Positions 37,194 to 45,842 of a stretch of 64,000 nucleotides of DNA are shown in pieces. The DNA lies in IMG/VR virus record IMGVR_UViG_3300048913_000302, positions 1 through 64,000 of that record. The stretch is one strand, 5' to 3'. Both the position numbers and the translations under genes were made by a program. Numbering within the stretch: position 1 is the stretch's first letter; every line of letters begins with the position of its first letter. The notes under the pieces are model-generated. The model worked only from the letters and a program-made list of their open reading frames with translations. It was not told the DNA's origin and ran no database searches. Origin of the DNA: an uncultured virus (IMG/VR IMGVR_UViG_3300048913_000302) (lineage: Duplodnaviria > Heunggongvirae > Uroviricota > Caudoviricetes).

Positions 37194-38882
37194 ATGCCAG
37201 ACATTGAGTTAGATCTCGAGATGCAGGAAGACATGCCCAAGTTCAACATGGACATCGTCGATGGGCTGGCTTGTAAAAGCTTGCTCAATGCAAAAGAGCT
37301 GGTCGACCAACGCATTCGCTGTGCCGAGAAGAGTTACCCGGAAGGCTTCGAGTTTATTGGGTCGTATCGCTGCCATCCATTGGAGGCAGTCCGGGTAATG
37401 GCTACAGTGATGTCGAGGGGCGACCGCAGCGTCCCGACCAGTGATCTAGCCGTCAGTGACGTATACCTGGTGAAATACCAGTTCGCGTTCAATGGGAAAA
37501 TGTTGTACCCGAGATACTTCTACCTCCCCGCTCCACGGCGGGGAAACCTCTTCAGGATTCTGGGGAAGGAGTTCTCAATGAGCCCGGTTGCTACAGACCC
37601 GTGCTTCTCCATTGGACCGGACTCGGTGTTCATCAGGACAAACCGAGCTCCTATCACTTTCCGGTACGAGATCGGTACCGTCACGATGGACCGCGACTAT
37701 GGGGCTGAAAAGCCTTTTGAAACCGGGGAGCAGCTGTCTACGGACATCGCCTATACCTGGGTTCATAACCGCGGGGGTATCAACAACCGGACCGGTAAGA
37801 GCGACACCATCGCTCTGGGTCGCGTCGTGACGACGCTGCCGCACTACCTGTTCGCGAAGTACGGAATGAAGGAAACCTTCAAGCGCTTCGGTCGCTGTGA
37901 TGTCACTATCACAACGGTCGATGAACTCAAGGCCAACCCTCCAGACCTCAAGAAGTATTGCGTCTTCGAGTCTGATGGCGTCAAGCCGTCTACGCTCAAG
38001 ACGAAAGTCGCGTACTCCACCATCCGCTCGCCAATTGCTTTGGTGATCCCACGTGCGCAGTTCACGCCGCTGGTGCAAACCTTCGTGGCGTCGTTCTTCT
38101 ACATCGTGGACCACTTCCCAGAGCGTACCGACATCGAAGAACTCGGTGGTACTTGGCTGTGGCTGCTGTGGTTGGGTTATGTTCTGGCTGGTGATCAGCT
38201 CGGTCCTGCCAAGCTGGTTGAGAACATGGAAACCCACCTGTCGAACCTCGATGATTATATCGACATGGAAGCACAACGCATGCTGTTCGAGGAAGAAGCG
38301 TTGGTTATTGAAGATCTCTACGAACTCTTCGTCTACGTTCTGCAACACATGAGCGAGATGCTTGAGAACGGGAGTCGCGACATCGGATCGATGTATGGGA
38401 AACGGCTCGTGACCGCCCCTTATGTCCTGCGGGATATCTTTGAGCAGATCTTCTTGTGTCTGTTCGAGATCATCAACAACCGTAAGCGTAAGCACGGAGT
38501 CGATGACTTCAACAAGATCCTCGGCAAATACTTCATGCCGACCAAGATATTCGATTTGAGGAAAACGTCTATCAAGCCGTTCATGTCCAGCGTGTCCACG
38601 CCGGGCGATAACCTCATTCCGAAGATCGTCAGTCGGTTGGTGATGCAATCGCAGACCTCCGGTCAGCGTAAGCCGCAAAACATCAACGTGAACGATCCCC
38701 AGTCTCACCTTCACTCGTCGTCTATGGAAACCGGTAACCACACGCTGCTGCCGAAGAACGGCCCGCTGGCGAAGAATACCGCAAACATGACGATGGATCT
38801 GGATGCGAATTTTACAATCCGGAAGAAGGAATCGATGGCTGCGGTGGTTGAGCACATCGATGAGGCGATACGGCGTCACTAA
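37194..38882 (+). CDS. Non-virion RNA polymerase beta-subunit N-terminal piece (phiKZ gp123-like)
   Basis: MPKFN...DGLA, HYLFAKYG..ETFKRF, SMYGKRL, PGDN..PKI motifs; synteny. Confidence 0.8.
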   Translation: MPDIELDLEMQEDMPKFNMDIVDGLACKSLLNAKELVDQRIRCAEKSYPEGFEFIGSYRCHPLEAVRVMATVMSRGDRSVPTSDLAVSDVYLVKYQFAFNGKMLYPRYFYLPAPRRGNLFRILGKEFSMSPVATDPCFSIGPDSVFIRTNRAPITFRYEIGTVTMDRDYGAEKPFETGEQLSTDIAYTWVHNRGGINNRTGKSDTIALGRVVTTLPHYLFAKYGMKETFKRFGRCDVTITTVDELKANPPDLKKYCVFESDGVKPSTLKTKVAYSTIRSPIALVIPRAQFTPLVQTFVASFFYIVDHFPERTDIEELGGTWLWLLWLGYVLAGDQLGPAKLVENMETHLSNLDDYIDMEAQRMLFEEEALVIEDLYELFVYVLQHMSEMLENGSRDIGSMYGKRLVTAPYVLRDIFEQIFLCLFEIINNRKRKHGVDDFNKILGKYFMPTKIFDLRKTSIKPFMSSVSTPGDNLIPKIVSRLVMQSQTSGQRKPQNINVNDPQSHLHSSSMETGNHTLLPKNGPLAKNTANMTMDLDANFTIRKKESMAAVVEHIDEAIRRH

Positions 38883-38907
38883 ACATCCCTTGTGGTTGGA
38901 GCAATAA

Positions 38908-40872
38908 ATGAGTCGAGAAAACAAATTCTGGGATGCCGCGTATGACGAGGCTACCAGGTATATCAAGGACAAAGCGCGAGACTCGGATCTTCGAGACGCG
39001 TACTACAAGATGATGTCCGACCGTGGTTGGCGATGCGCTGCTTTCAATGAGCTCATCGATGTGATCGCAGACTCTGAGCGTGAGATCTTCCGCAAGTACG
39101 CTGACGACCGCAAGTCTGATGCCGAAGCCCTGGAAGATGCGATTGCAGACATCGTCGATGGTCACTTTGCGTCGGTCATTCTGGCCGACCGTAAACTGGC
39201 TGATGAACTGTCCAACCGTACCTACGATCAGATGAAAGATGCCGAGGAGCGTTTCCTCGAAGTCTGCCGTCCGTCTCGTGGGAATCGCCGTCGTCGTGAT
39301 GAAGACGACCGCGATGACGATCGTCGTGACGATTACGGTGGTGGCAGCCGTCGTGGTAGCCGTGACCGCGGTGATCGCCGTGGTGACCGTAGCAGTGATG
39401 ACTACGGCAGCGGTAGCCGTGGCGAGCGCAAGAGCCGTGATTCCAAACGTCGCACTTCCGATGCGGATGATTCCGATCCGTGGTCGCTGATCACTCAGCT
39501 GGAAGATGGCTTCAACGGTGACTCTGACGATAACCGCAAACCAGAACGCGAAGAGCGTCCTGTTGAGCGGGAACGTGAGCGTGACCGCGATCGTAGTTCT
39601 GATGAACGCCCTCATCCGGACTCGGTCGAAAGCTTGGTGCATCAGAAGAAGCACCGGGTAGAAGGACCTGACTTCACCAAGGCCGACCCATTCGGGGAGT
39701 TCTGGGTGGCAGGCGAACACTGGGTAGTGGCTCACCGCAGCAAGTGGGAGATCACCAGTACCCATGCATCGGACGATGACGATAATGCCGGCTTTATTCC
39801 GTCCTGGCATGATCTTAACCTTTATGTGAAGTACTACGTGAAGGACGCAGATGGAAATGTACGAGAGGAGTTGGAAGACGTGACCAAAGAAAACAGCTAT
39901 CTGAACCAAGAAGTCCGCGATGCTCGTGGCGAAGAAAACCCAGAACGCCGCTCCGCCGCAGTCAGCCTGAAAGCTGCCCGCAGCACTGGCGACACGCTGG
40001 ACCACGTCGACGCACCGTCGGCTGCTCCTGCCAAGTCCGTCAACCTGGTTGACAAGCTGGATGAAATCGTCGCGGTAATCCCACAGCTGACCGAAGGTCG
40101 TCCTGTCGACAGTATCGTCACTGCAACCTTCGCCGGTCGTGCTCGCATGCTGGCCGACAAGAAAGAAGTCGACGTCTTCCTGGGTTACATGCGTACGCCG
40201 ATGAACGCCAGTGACTGGTCGCAGATGGACCTGATTGATCAGGTAGCTGCAGCGCCTTCTCTGGTTGCAGCGGCAAAGCTCATGAACGACCTGCGTCCTC
40301 AGTTCAACGAATCCATCTGGAACAAGCTGAACGAGCGTTTCACCGAAATGGTTCTGCGCTCGCTGAAGTACCAGTTCCAGTTCGCGTCCGTCAAGCAGAT
40401 GAACTTCGCCAAGAACTTCGAGCAGCTGCTGGGCGTAATTGCCCAACGCCGTAGTGCGGAATTCGCCTCTCTTCTCGGCGATCGCAGCCGCTACATCACC
40501 AGCATGGCCTGCGCCTATGCTTCCAAGGAAGACGTTGCTGACACCGTGGGTGATCTGCACGAAGGCGCTGCCGACCTGCCGTCGGTTGTGTTCCTGGACT
40601 TCCTGGAAGTGATCTCGGTCGATGGTTCTCTGGACGAGCTGGGTCTCTCCAACGTGCTCTCCGCCAACGTGCAAGACACGGGTCTCTCCGTGACCATGGC
40701 GCAGCAGCGCAACCTGTCGCAATCCATCCGCAAGATCTTCGAAGCGCTCAGCCGCAGCCTCCCCGGTTCGGTGAACGCGCGCGTGCTCCTGTCGACTTCG
40801 GACAACTACCTGATCGAGGTTACGCCTTTCTCGAACCGCATTGAGAACTTTGTCCTCAGTGTGATCAAGTAA
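38908..40872 (+). CDS. Hypothetical protein with R/D-rich low-complexity region
   Basis: 654 aa, GGAG SD. Confidence 0.8.
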   Translation: MSRENKFWDAAYDEATRYIKDKARDSDLRDAYYKMMSDRGWRCAAFNELIDVIADSEREIFRKYADDRKSDAEALEDAIADIVDGHFASVILADRKLADELSNRTYDQMKDAEERFLEVCRPSRGNRRRRDEDDRDDDRRDDYGGGSRRGSRDRGDRRGDRSSDDYGSGSRGERKSRDSKRRTSDADDSDPWSLITQLEDGFNGDSDDNRKPEREERPVERERERDRDRSSDERPHPDSVESLVHQKKHRVEGPDFTKADPFGEFWVAGEHWVVAHRSKWEITSTHASDDDDNAGFIPSWHDLNLYVKYYVKDADGNVREELEDVTKENSYLNQEVRDARGEENPERRSAAVSLKAARSTGDTLDHVDAPSAAPAKSVNLVDKLDEIVAVIPQLTEGRPVDSIVTATFAGRARMLADKKEVDVFLGYMRTPMNASDWSQMDLIDQVAAAPSLVAAAKLMNDLRPQFNESIWNKLNERFTEMVLRSLKYQFQFASVKQMNFAKNFEQLLGVIAQRRSAEFASLLGDRSRYITSMACAYASKEDVADTVGDLHEGAADLPSVVFLDFLEVISVDGSLDELGLSNVLSANVQDTGLSVTMAQQRNLSQSIRKIFEALSRSLPGSVNARVLLSTSDNYLIEVTPFSNRIENFVLSVIK

Positions 40873-40983
40873 GGGCGTCTCGTCAGGGAGTCCCACTTAC
40901 CAAACCGATATCGATGGGAGTAATCCCAGTAACCAACTTGGAATAGATGGACGACCCGTGGGCTCTCTTCTGAGAGTCTGCGG

Positions 40984-41015
40984 CGTCACCCTAATAAGGT
41001 GACGTATTTTTTTTT
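40984..41015 (+). terminator. Hairpin + U-tract
   Basis: cgtcacc...ggtgacg then T9. Confidence 0.7.
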
Positions 41016-41036
41016 GTCGTCCTGAGGACTTTACCC

Positions 41037-41681
41037 ATGTTCAAACCGTGTCTGATTGACCAGCTGGCGTTCAACGAACCGACTGCAGAATTCGAAAGTA
41101 AGAATCTCGAGTACGAACTCGAAGTCTACTTGAAGGGTTTTGATGTCGAGCAGATCAAGTCCATGGCCGTCTCCCACGAGGGTCAGGAGCAATGGGGTAT
41201 CTACGTACCCAAGACTCCTAAAAACGCCTCAGACGGCTCCCTGCGCGTTCGTAAGACCATCCATCCAGATGACCGCGTCGAGTACGAGTTCTGTACCAAG
41301 ACCAATGCCGGTGATAAGGGCAAAGTCGAGGTACCGGACCCTTCTCGCGAGGAACAGCTGGAGCAGTTCAAGTTGATGGCCGATCAAGGCCTGATCAAGA
41401 CTCGGTTCATCATTCCAGGTTCGTTCGAGAATGGTATCGAGTTCAAGTGGGAAGTCGACCTGTTCCTGAACAAGGAAGGCAAGATCGTTCCATGGGCTAA
41501 GGTCGATATCGAACTGAATCCTGACGATCCACGTCCTGACGTCAAGAACTTCCCGGTTCCGTTCACTCACGATGAGGTGATTATCATCTCGCCGGAAATG
41601 AAGGCGGACGGTACCGGTCCTAAGGAAAAGATCGCGGAGCTGTACGAGAAGTACTTCCGCACGGAGAACGTCTATGTTTAA
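41037..41681 (+). CDS. CYTH / triphosphate tunnel metalloenzyme-like protein
   Basis: EYELE (ExE), LRVRK, TK, K.RF, WEVDLF, DIE pattern. Confidence 0.7.
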   Translation: MFKPCLIDQLAFNEPTAEFESKNLEYELEVYLKGFDVEQIKSMAVSHEGQEQWGIYVPKTPKNASDGSLRVRKTIHPDDRVEYEFCTKTNAGDKGKVEVPDPSREEQLEQFKLMADQGLIKTRFIIPGSFENGIEFKWEVDLFLNKEGKIVPWAKVDIELNPDDPRPDVKNFPVPFTHDEVIIISPEMKADGTGPKEKIAELYEKYFRTENVYV

Positions 41682-41856
41682 TCTCAAGGCGCCCATCCTG
41701 CAGCTGACCATCCACCAACTGGCTGGTAATCGAATCCCGATGGTTCACGGTGGTCGTAACTGTGGGAAGTCCCGATCTACGCTCCAGATCCTCAAGTACT
41801 GGCTGGTGAAACAGCGCGCTGCCAACGACCCGATTCGTCCTCTGCGCTATGTTTAG
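41674..41856 (+). CDS. 60-aa protein with isolated terminase-like Walker A segment
   Basis: GGAG SD, 8-nt overlap with CYTH gene; MVHGGRNCGKS. Confidence 0.55.
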   Translation: MFNLKAPILQLTIHQLAGNRIPMVHGGRNCGKSRSTLQILKYWLVKQRAANDPIRPLRYV

Positions 41857-42139
41857 GGGAAGTCTCACCACCGCTCTTCGGATGCTGCATGGCAACATGT
41901 CGCGAAATGAGGTGGTCAAGCCCATCTACAAGGAAACGTGGTGGGCTGAGCAGCAAGCGAAGATCAAGGAAGAGAAGATCCTGTTCTACGTCGGTAAACC
42001 TTACTTCAATGTGGGGACTATCGGACACATGGACTGGGGTGATAGTTCTTGGTTTTACGATGCGATGAAATGTCGAGACGCTCAGGATGTTCTTCAGCGA
42101 GAGTTCTTCGGATCTTTCTACGCAGACCCTGCAACATAA
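41849..42139 (+). CDS. 96-aa protein with EF-Tu N-terminal-like segment
   Basis: KPYFNVGTIGHMDWG; 8-nt overlap; stop followed directly by terminator hairpin. Confidence 0.6.
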   Translation: MFRGSLTTALRMLHGNMSRNEVVKPIYKETWWAEQQAKIKEEKILFYVGKPYFNVGTIGHMDWGDSSWFYDAMKCRDAQDVLQREFFGSFYADPAT

Positions 42140-42146
42140 AGAGACA

Positions 42147-42182
42147 GCATACAGCCGGTGGCTTGCGCCACCGGCTGTATGC
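42147..42182. terminator. Bidirectional hairpin with TATGC flanks
   Basis: gcatacagccggtggc-ttgc-gccaccggctgtatgc, 16-bp stem. Confidence 0.8.
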
Positions 42183-42190
42183 CTTTCAGG

Positions 42191-42622
42191 TCAAGTCGCA
42201 GGCTGGTCAGTAACGACACTCAGAATCAGCTTCAGAATCTCAACTACATCGGCTCCGGTCGCTCCGTCACCTACCTTCCACACCATCATCAGTGCGCAAG
42301 CGCACAATGTGAAGGCAAACAACAGCAGGAGGTTAGAACGGCTATTTTTAATCACAGCGACTGGTGCTGGCACAGGATCGATTACATTGACCGAATCCAA
42401 GTTAGAATTATAGACCATCTCCTGCAGCGAGGCGTCCATCGAGCCGATAGCTTCCTGAACTTCCTTCGCCTCTGCGGTGAGTGGGTCCAACTGACGATCC
42501 GCGGGAACAAAACCATTGATCAGATTGATCAGGGCCGGCTGCCACGGAAAGTCCACCGCCGGGTTCCTCGCCATCAGACCGATAGCAGATTTCACGTTCA
42601 TAGAACCCCCGGATTCTTCCAT
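42191..42622 (-). CDS. Membrane protein
   Basis: C-terminal hydrophobic segment LLLLFAFTLCACALMMVW. Confidence 0.7.
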   Translation of the reverse strand: MEESGGSMNVKSAIGLMARNPAVDFPWQPALINLINGFVPADRQLDPLTAEAKEVQEAIGSMDASLQEMVYNSNLDSVNVIDPVPAPVAVIKNSRSNLLLLFAFTLCACALMMVWKVGDGATGADVVEILKLILSVVTDQPAT

Positions 42623-43261
42623 TCATTTACGTGAACGCTTTTTGGCGCTCATGTTATTTGCGGCAACAGACATACGCATGACGGTAAGCGTCCGCATGAA
42701 AAGATACCACGCTACAGCGATGGCGTCTATCTCGTGTTCAGACAGCGATTCCAGATCGATGCCTTCGCCGGCTACGATGTTTGGGTTCGCTAGAATGAAC
42801 TTACGAATGTCTTCCTTTTTGTTCGAGTACTGTCCTTCCGGGCAGACGGCTCTCTTGGCACGACCGGGTGGTACCTTTTCAAACGGCAGCCCTGGTCGGT
42901 AACGCCACACCGCATCATCCAACACATTCATCGAAGTCGTCAGTGACGCAAACGAATGTGCATGAAGATGCGAGAATGGAGATTCGGCGCCAACTTCGTC
43001 AGGGTCTTCATCATCGATGTACTCGTAAGTGAAGTCCTTGATAACGCGCATCCTGGCAGCGGGTTGTCCACGGTTATTGGCAAGGCCCTCGTACCGATCG
43101 TACGCTGTCTTCTCTGCGACCAAACACTCCGCTCGAGAAACAGTACCTACGCCAGTACGAAGATCCCCATCCAACGTCACGTATCCCACGGTGTTGGTAC
43201 CGTTGTCGATACCCACGTACCGCATGGTCCAGTCTTCGTCGCTTAACTCTCGCATCTTCAT
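42623..43261 (-). CDS. RuvC-like Holliday junction resolvase
   Basis: YVGIDNG, AESPF, P...K.AV, HEIDAIAVA catalytic pattern. Confidence 0.8.
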   Translation of the reverse strand: MKMRELSDEDWTMRYVGIDNGTNTVGYVTLDGDLRTGVGTVSRAECLVAEKTAYDRYEGLANNRGQPAARMRVIKDFTYEYIDDEDPDEVGAESPFSHLHAHSFASLTTSMNVLDDAVWRYRPGLPFEKVPPGRAKRAVCPEGQYSNKKEDIRKFILANPNIVAGEGIDLESLSEHEIDAIAVAWYLFMRTLTVMRMSVAANNMSAKKRSRK

Positions 43262-43273
43262 TCCCCTTGGCTA

Positions 43274-44164
43274 TTAGGGGACAGTCACACCGATCGTTTG
43301 CATGGTCGGGATGGACTGAGTACCCAGCAGCGGGATCTGGTTACCGATGTCGAAATCGATAGTCAGTTCCTGAGTGTTGTAGTAGACGGCCTTGTGGTCC
43401 ATCGCGAAGTTGTAGATCTGGGTGCCGATCGATTCCAGGAAGTTGGCTTGACCGCTGGTGGTATTGATCGACACGGTGCGTTGTGCGCTCAGGCAGAGTG
43501 CAAACTCAGACAGTACGGCGTAACGTTCGTCACCGTTGTACTTCAGCTTCGCAGAGTTGATGAACTCTTCGAGGATGTTCTCCGGCATGGTAACCGTCAA
43601 CACCGCACTGCAACTGATGGAGACGTCGGTGGTAGTCACCGCACCAGTGGTTGGAAGAGCGATCGGCGTTGGGTACAGGTCTTCGGTATCCGGATGGAAG
43701 ATCTCGATGACTGGCGGCTGGTTAGGCTCGCGGGTGATCTTGCGCATGATCACGTTGACGTCTTCAGGATCGATGTCGACCCACATGCCGTAATACTCAT
43801 ACACCGGCAGGCCGTTGAGCGTGTTTTCTTTACGCAGGCAGTACTTGTCGCGCATCTCTTTGGACAAGTCGTCGTCCACAGAGCGTACGCAGAGAGGCAT
43901 CGGACCGTAGAGCGATGCGTTGGTCGCCGTGTGGTCCTGGATGGAGGTCAGCGCAATACCTTCCTCGCCTGGGACGTAGCGGTGGCCTTTGTTACCTGCG
44001 ATCAGTACGCCCAAGCGTACCTTCTCGTTGTTGGTCGGCCGTGCGGTGCCTAGGATGTCCAGACGTTCGTTGACGGTGGACTTTGGGTCGGCATCGGGCG
44101 TGTGACCGAGCAGCAGACGGATGATGGCTTTGAGGCCGTAGGCCGTTACCTGAATCGGGTTCAT
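43274..44164 (-). CDS. Putative virion structural protein
   Basis: STVNE.LDI...GN.GH motif recalled from phiKZ-like structural proteins; position in structural operon. Confidence 0.6.
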   Translation of the reverse strand: MNPIQVTAYGLKAIIRLLLGHTPDADPKSTVNERLDILGTARPTNNEKVRLGVLIAGNKGHRYVPGEEGIALTSIQDHTATNASLYGPMPLCVRSVDDDLSKEMRDKYCLRKENTLNGLPVYEYYGMWVDIDPEDVNVIMRKITREPNQPPVIEIFHPDTEDLYPTPIALPTTGAVTTTDVSISCSAVLTVTMPENILEEFINSAKLKYNGDERYAVLSEFALCLSAQRTVSINTTSGQANFLESIGTQIYNFAMDHKAVYYNTQELTIDFDIGNQIPLLGTQSIPTMQTIGVTVP

Positions 44165-44176
44165 GGGACTGAATCC

Positions 44177-45220
44177 TTACCTTGGGAAGAGAGGGAGAAC
44201 GGAAGCCTGGTTCTGGTAGATGTTCCCAGGAACCTTGCTGCTCGAGAACTGATAACCGATCTTGACGACGCCGGTGAGGTTCGCACACTTGGCGCCCAGC
44301 TCGACGGCAAGTACATAGTTGTAGGAACCACGCTCCAGACCGTAGTCGACTTTGACAAACCCGTTGTAGAGCACTTTGCTGCCGAACAGGTTGAAGTCCA
44401 GACCCTTCTCATCTTTCGAGACCCAAGCATCGCCGGTGAGGCGTTGCAAGATCAAATGAAGGACATCCTGGTCAAGGATGAAGGAGTCGGCCTTGAGCTC
44501 GTACAGGTACGCGTTGGTCGCTTTGCGGTCCTCGTAATCAGGGTACGCAGTCTCGTCGACATAGAGCTCACCTCTTGGGAACACCAGATCGACTTTCGGC
44601 AGATCGAACTTCCCGTCGGAGTAATACTCACGCAGGTCCAGGAGTGAATCGATCGTACCGCCCAGACCTTGGATTGACCGGCGAGTCTGCACGCTCAGTC
44701 CACCAAGGAAGATCAAGTGATCGTCCTTGAAGGTCAAGCGGTAGTTGCGGTTATCCAGGTAAGGAGGAACTTCGGGCTCCGTGGGTTCTTCTTCCGCGTC
44801 CTCTCCTTCGAAACCACTCAGTTGGTCCTGAGGAGTGCTGTCTGGCAAACTCCTGGTAACGAGCTGGATGGTAACCAACTCTTTCTCCAAGAGCAGACCG
44901 TACTGTTCGTGGATGGCTTTGAGGAGCGCATCGTCACCGTCTTCCAAGACGTGCACTGTCAGCGGTTGATTGCCGATGAGCACTTCAAGGTTGATCCGAT
45001 AATACCCGAGAGGCCGCTTTTGATCGTGTGGCCATCCCGTGGACTCATCGAAGCTTACATCGACTTCGGAGAGTCCGTCGCCTGACACCAACTTTGGTTT
45101 GCCGAAGACCAATTGGTCCGACGTCAACCCTCGGTTGTTTTTGGCGTTGATGAAGTCGACCAGCAACTCCTTCGATTTCTTGTTGAAGCGATCAAGCTTC
45201 GCCACATTGCTTTGGTGCAT
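44177..45220 (-). CDS. Virion structural protein, family A-related
   Basis: FIN.KN.....LVFG.P, YYRINL, FNLFGSKVLYNG; start uncertain. Confidence 0.65.
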   Translation of the reverse strand: MHQSNVAKLDRFNKKSKELLVDFINAKNNRGLTSDQLVFGKPKLVSGDGLSEVDVSFDESTGWPHDQKRPLGYYRINLEVLIGNQPLTVHVLEDGDDALLKAIHEQYGLLLEKELVTIQLVTRSLPDSTPQDQLSGFEGEDAEEEPTEPEVPPYLDNRNYRLTFKDDHLIFLGGLSVQTRRSIQGLGGTIDSLLDLREYYSDGKFDLPKVDLVFPRGELYVDETAYPDYEDRKATNAYLYELKADSFILDQDVLHLILQRLTGDAWVSKDEKGLDFNLFGSKVLYNGFVKVDYGLERGSYNYVLAVELGAKCANLTGVVKIGYQFSSSKVPGNIYQNQASVLPLFPR

Positions 45221-45242
45221 CGCGCATCCCTCTGCCTCGCAC

Positions 45243-45821
45243 TTACCCTTCTGCGCTGAATCCGGCAAGTTTGGTAAAGACAGACGCCTTCTTCAAACTC
45301 AACGGTCCTTCGAATACGGGTGGTACGAGACCATCCAGAACGTTGTTGGGGAATGCCTCGGCCAGTTGTATCGATACGCCTGGCTCGTTCAGCATTACTG
45401 TCGTTTCACCAAACCACCGCAGTGATTCGGATTTGGCCTTGAGGACAAAGCTACTGCCCTCAACCAACGCGTTCTCGAAGTCATCTGGGGATATCACAAG
45501 ACCAGTCGCAAGCGACATGTTTCTCAAGACCCCATTGACCGTGATTGGCGGCGTGAGGTCGAGTACCAGATTCGAGAAGATGTCAGCGACGTGAATGCGC
45601 TTGAAGACATATTGGATCGAACCTGTGTAGTCTCGTCGAATACCCTCGTCAATCGATTCCCGTGTGGCAATCGTGACTTCGGTCAGGCCGTTATCGTCCT
45701 TGACGATGGGCGAACCCACCGTCGCAAACTCTGAACGCAACCTGATGTTGAGGTGGTTGTTGGCCATGATCAGCAATGCCACGGCAGGGTCGAACTTCAA
45801 TAACCGTAGCGTGTCAGACAT
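45243..45821 (-). CDS. Virion module, family A short form
   Basis: YVFKRIHV; SLRWFG; AFPNNVLDG. Confidence 0.7.
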   Translation of the reverse strand: MSDTLRLLKFDPAVALLIMANNHLNIRLRSEFATVGSPIVKDDNGLTEVTIATRESIDEGIRRDYTGSIQYVFKRIHVADIFSNLVLDLTPPITVNGVLRNMSLATGLVISPDDFENALVEGSSFVLKAKSESLRWFGETTVMLNEPGVSIQLAEAFPNNVLDGLVPPVFEGPLSLKKASVFTKLAGFSAEG

Positions 45822-45842
45822 GGTTGTTTATCCGTAACGAAC

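Noticed and set aside
42191..42622. Holin assignment
   Set aside because: Only a C-terminal hydrophobic segment and not linked to the endolysin; insufficient evidence.
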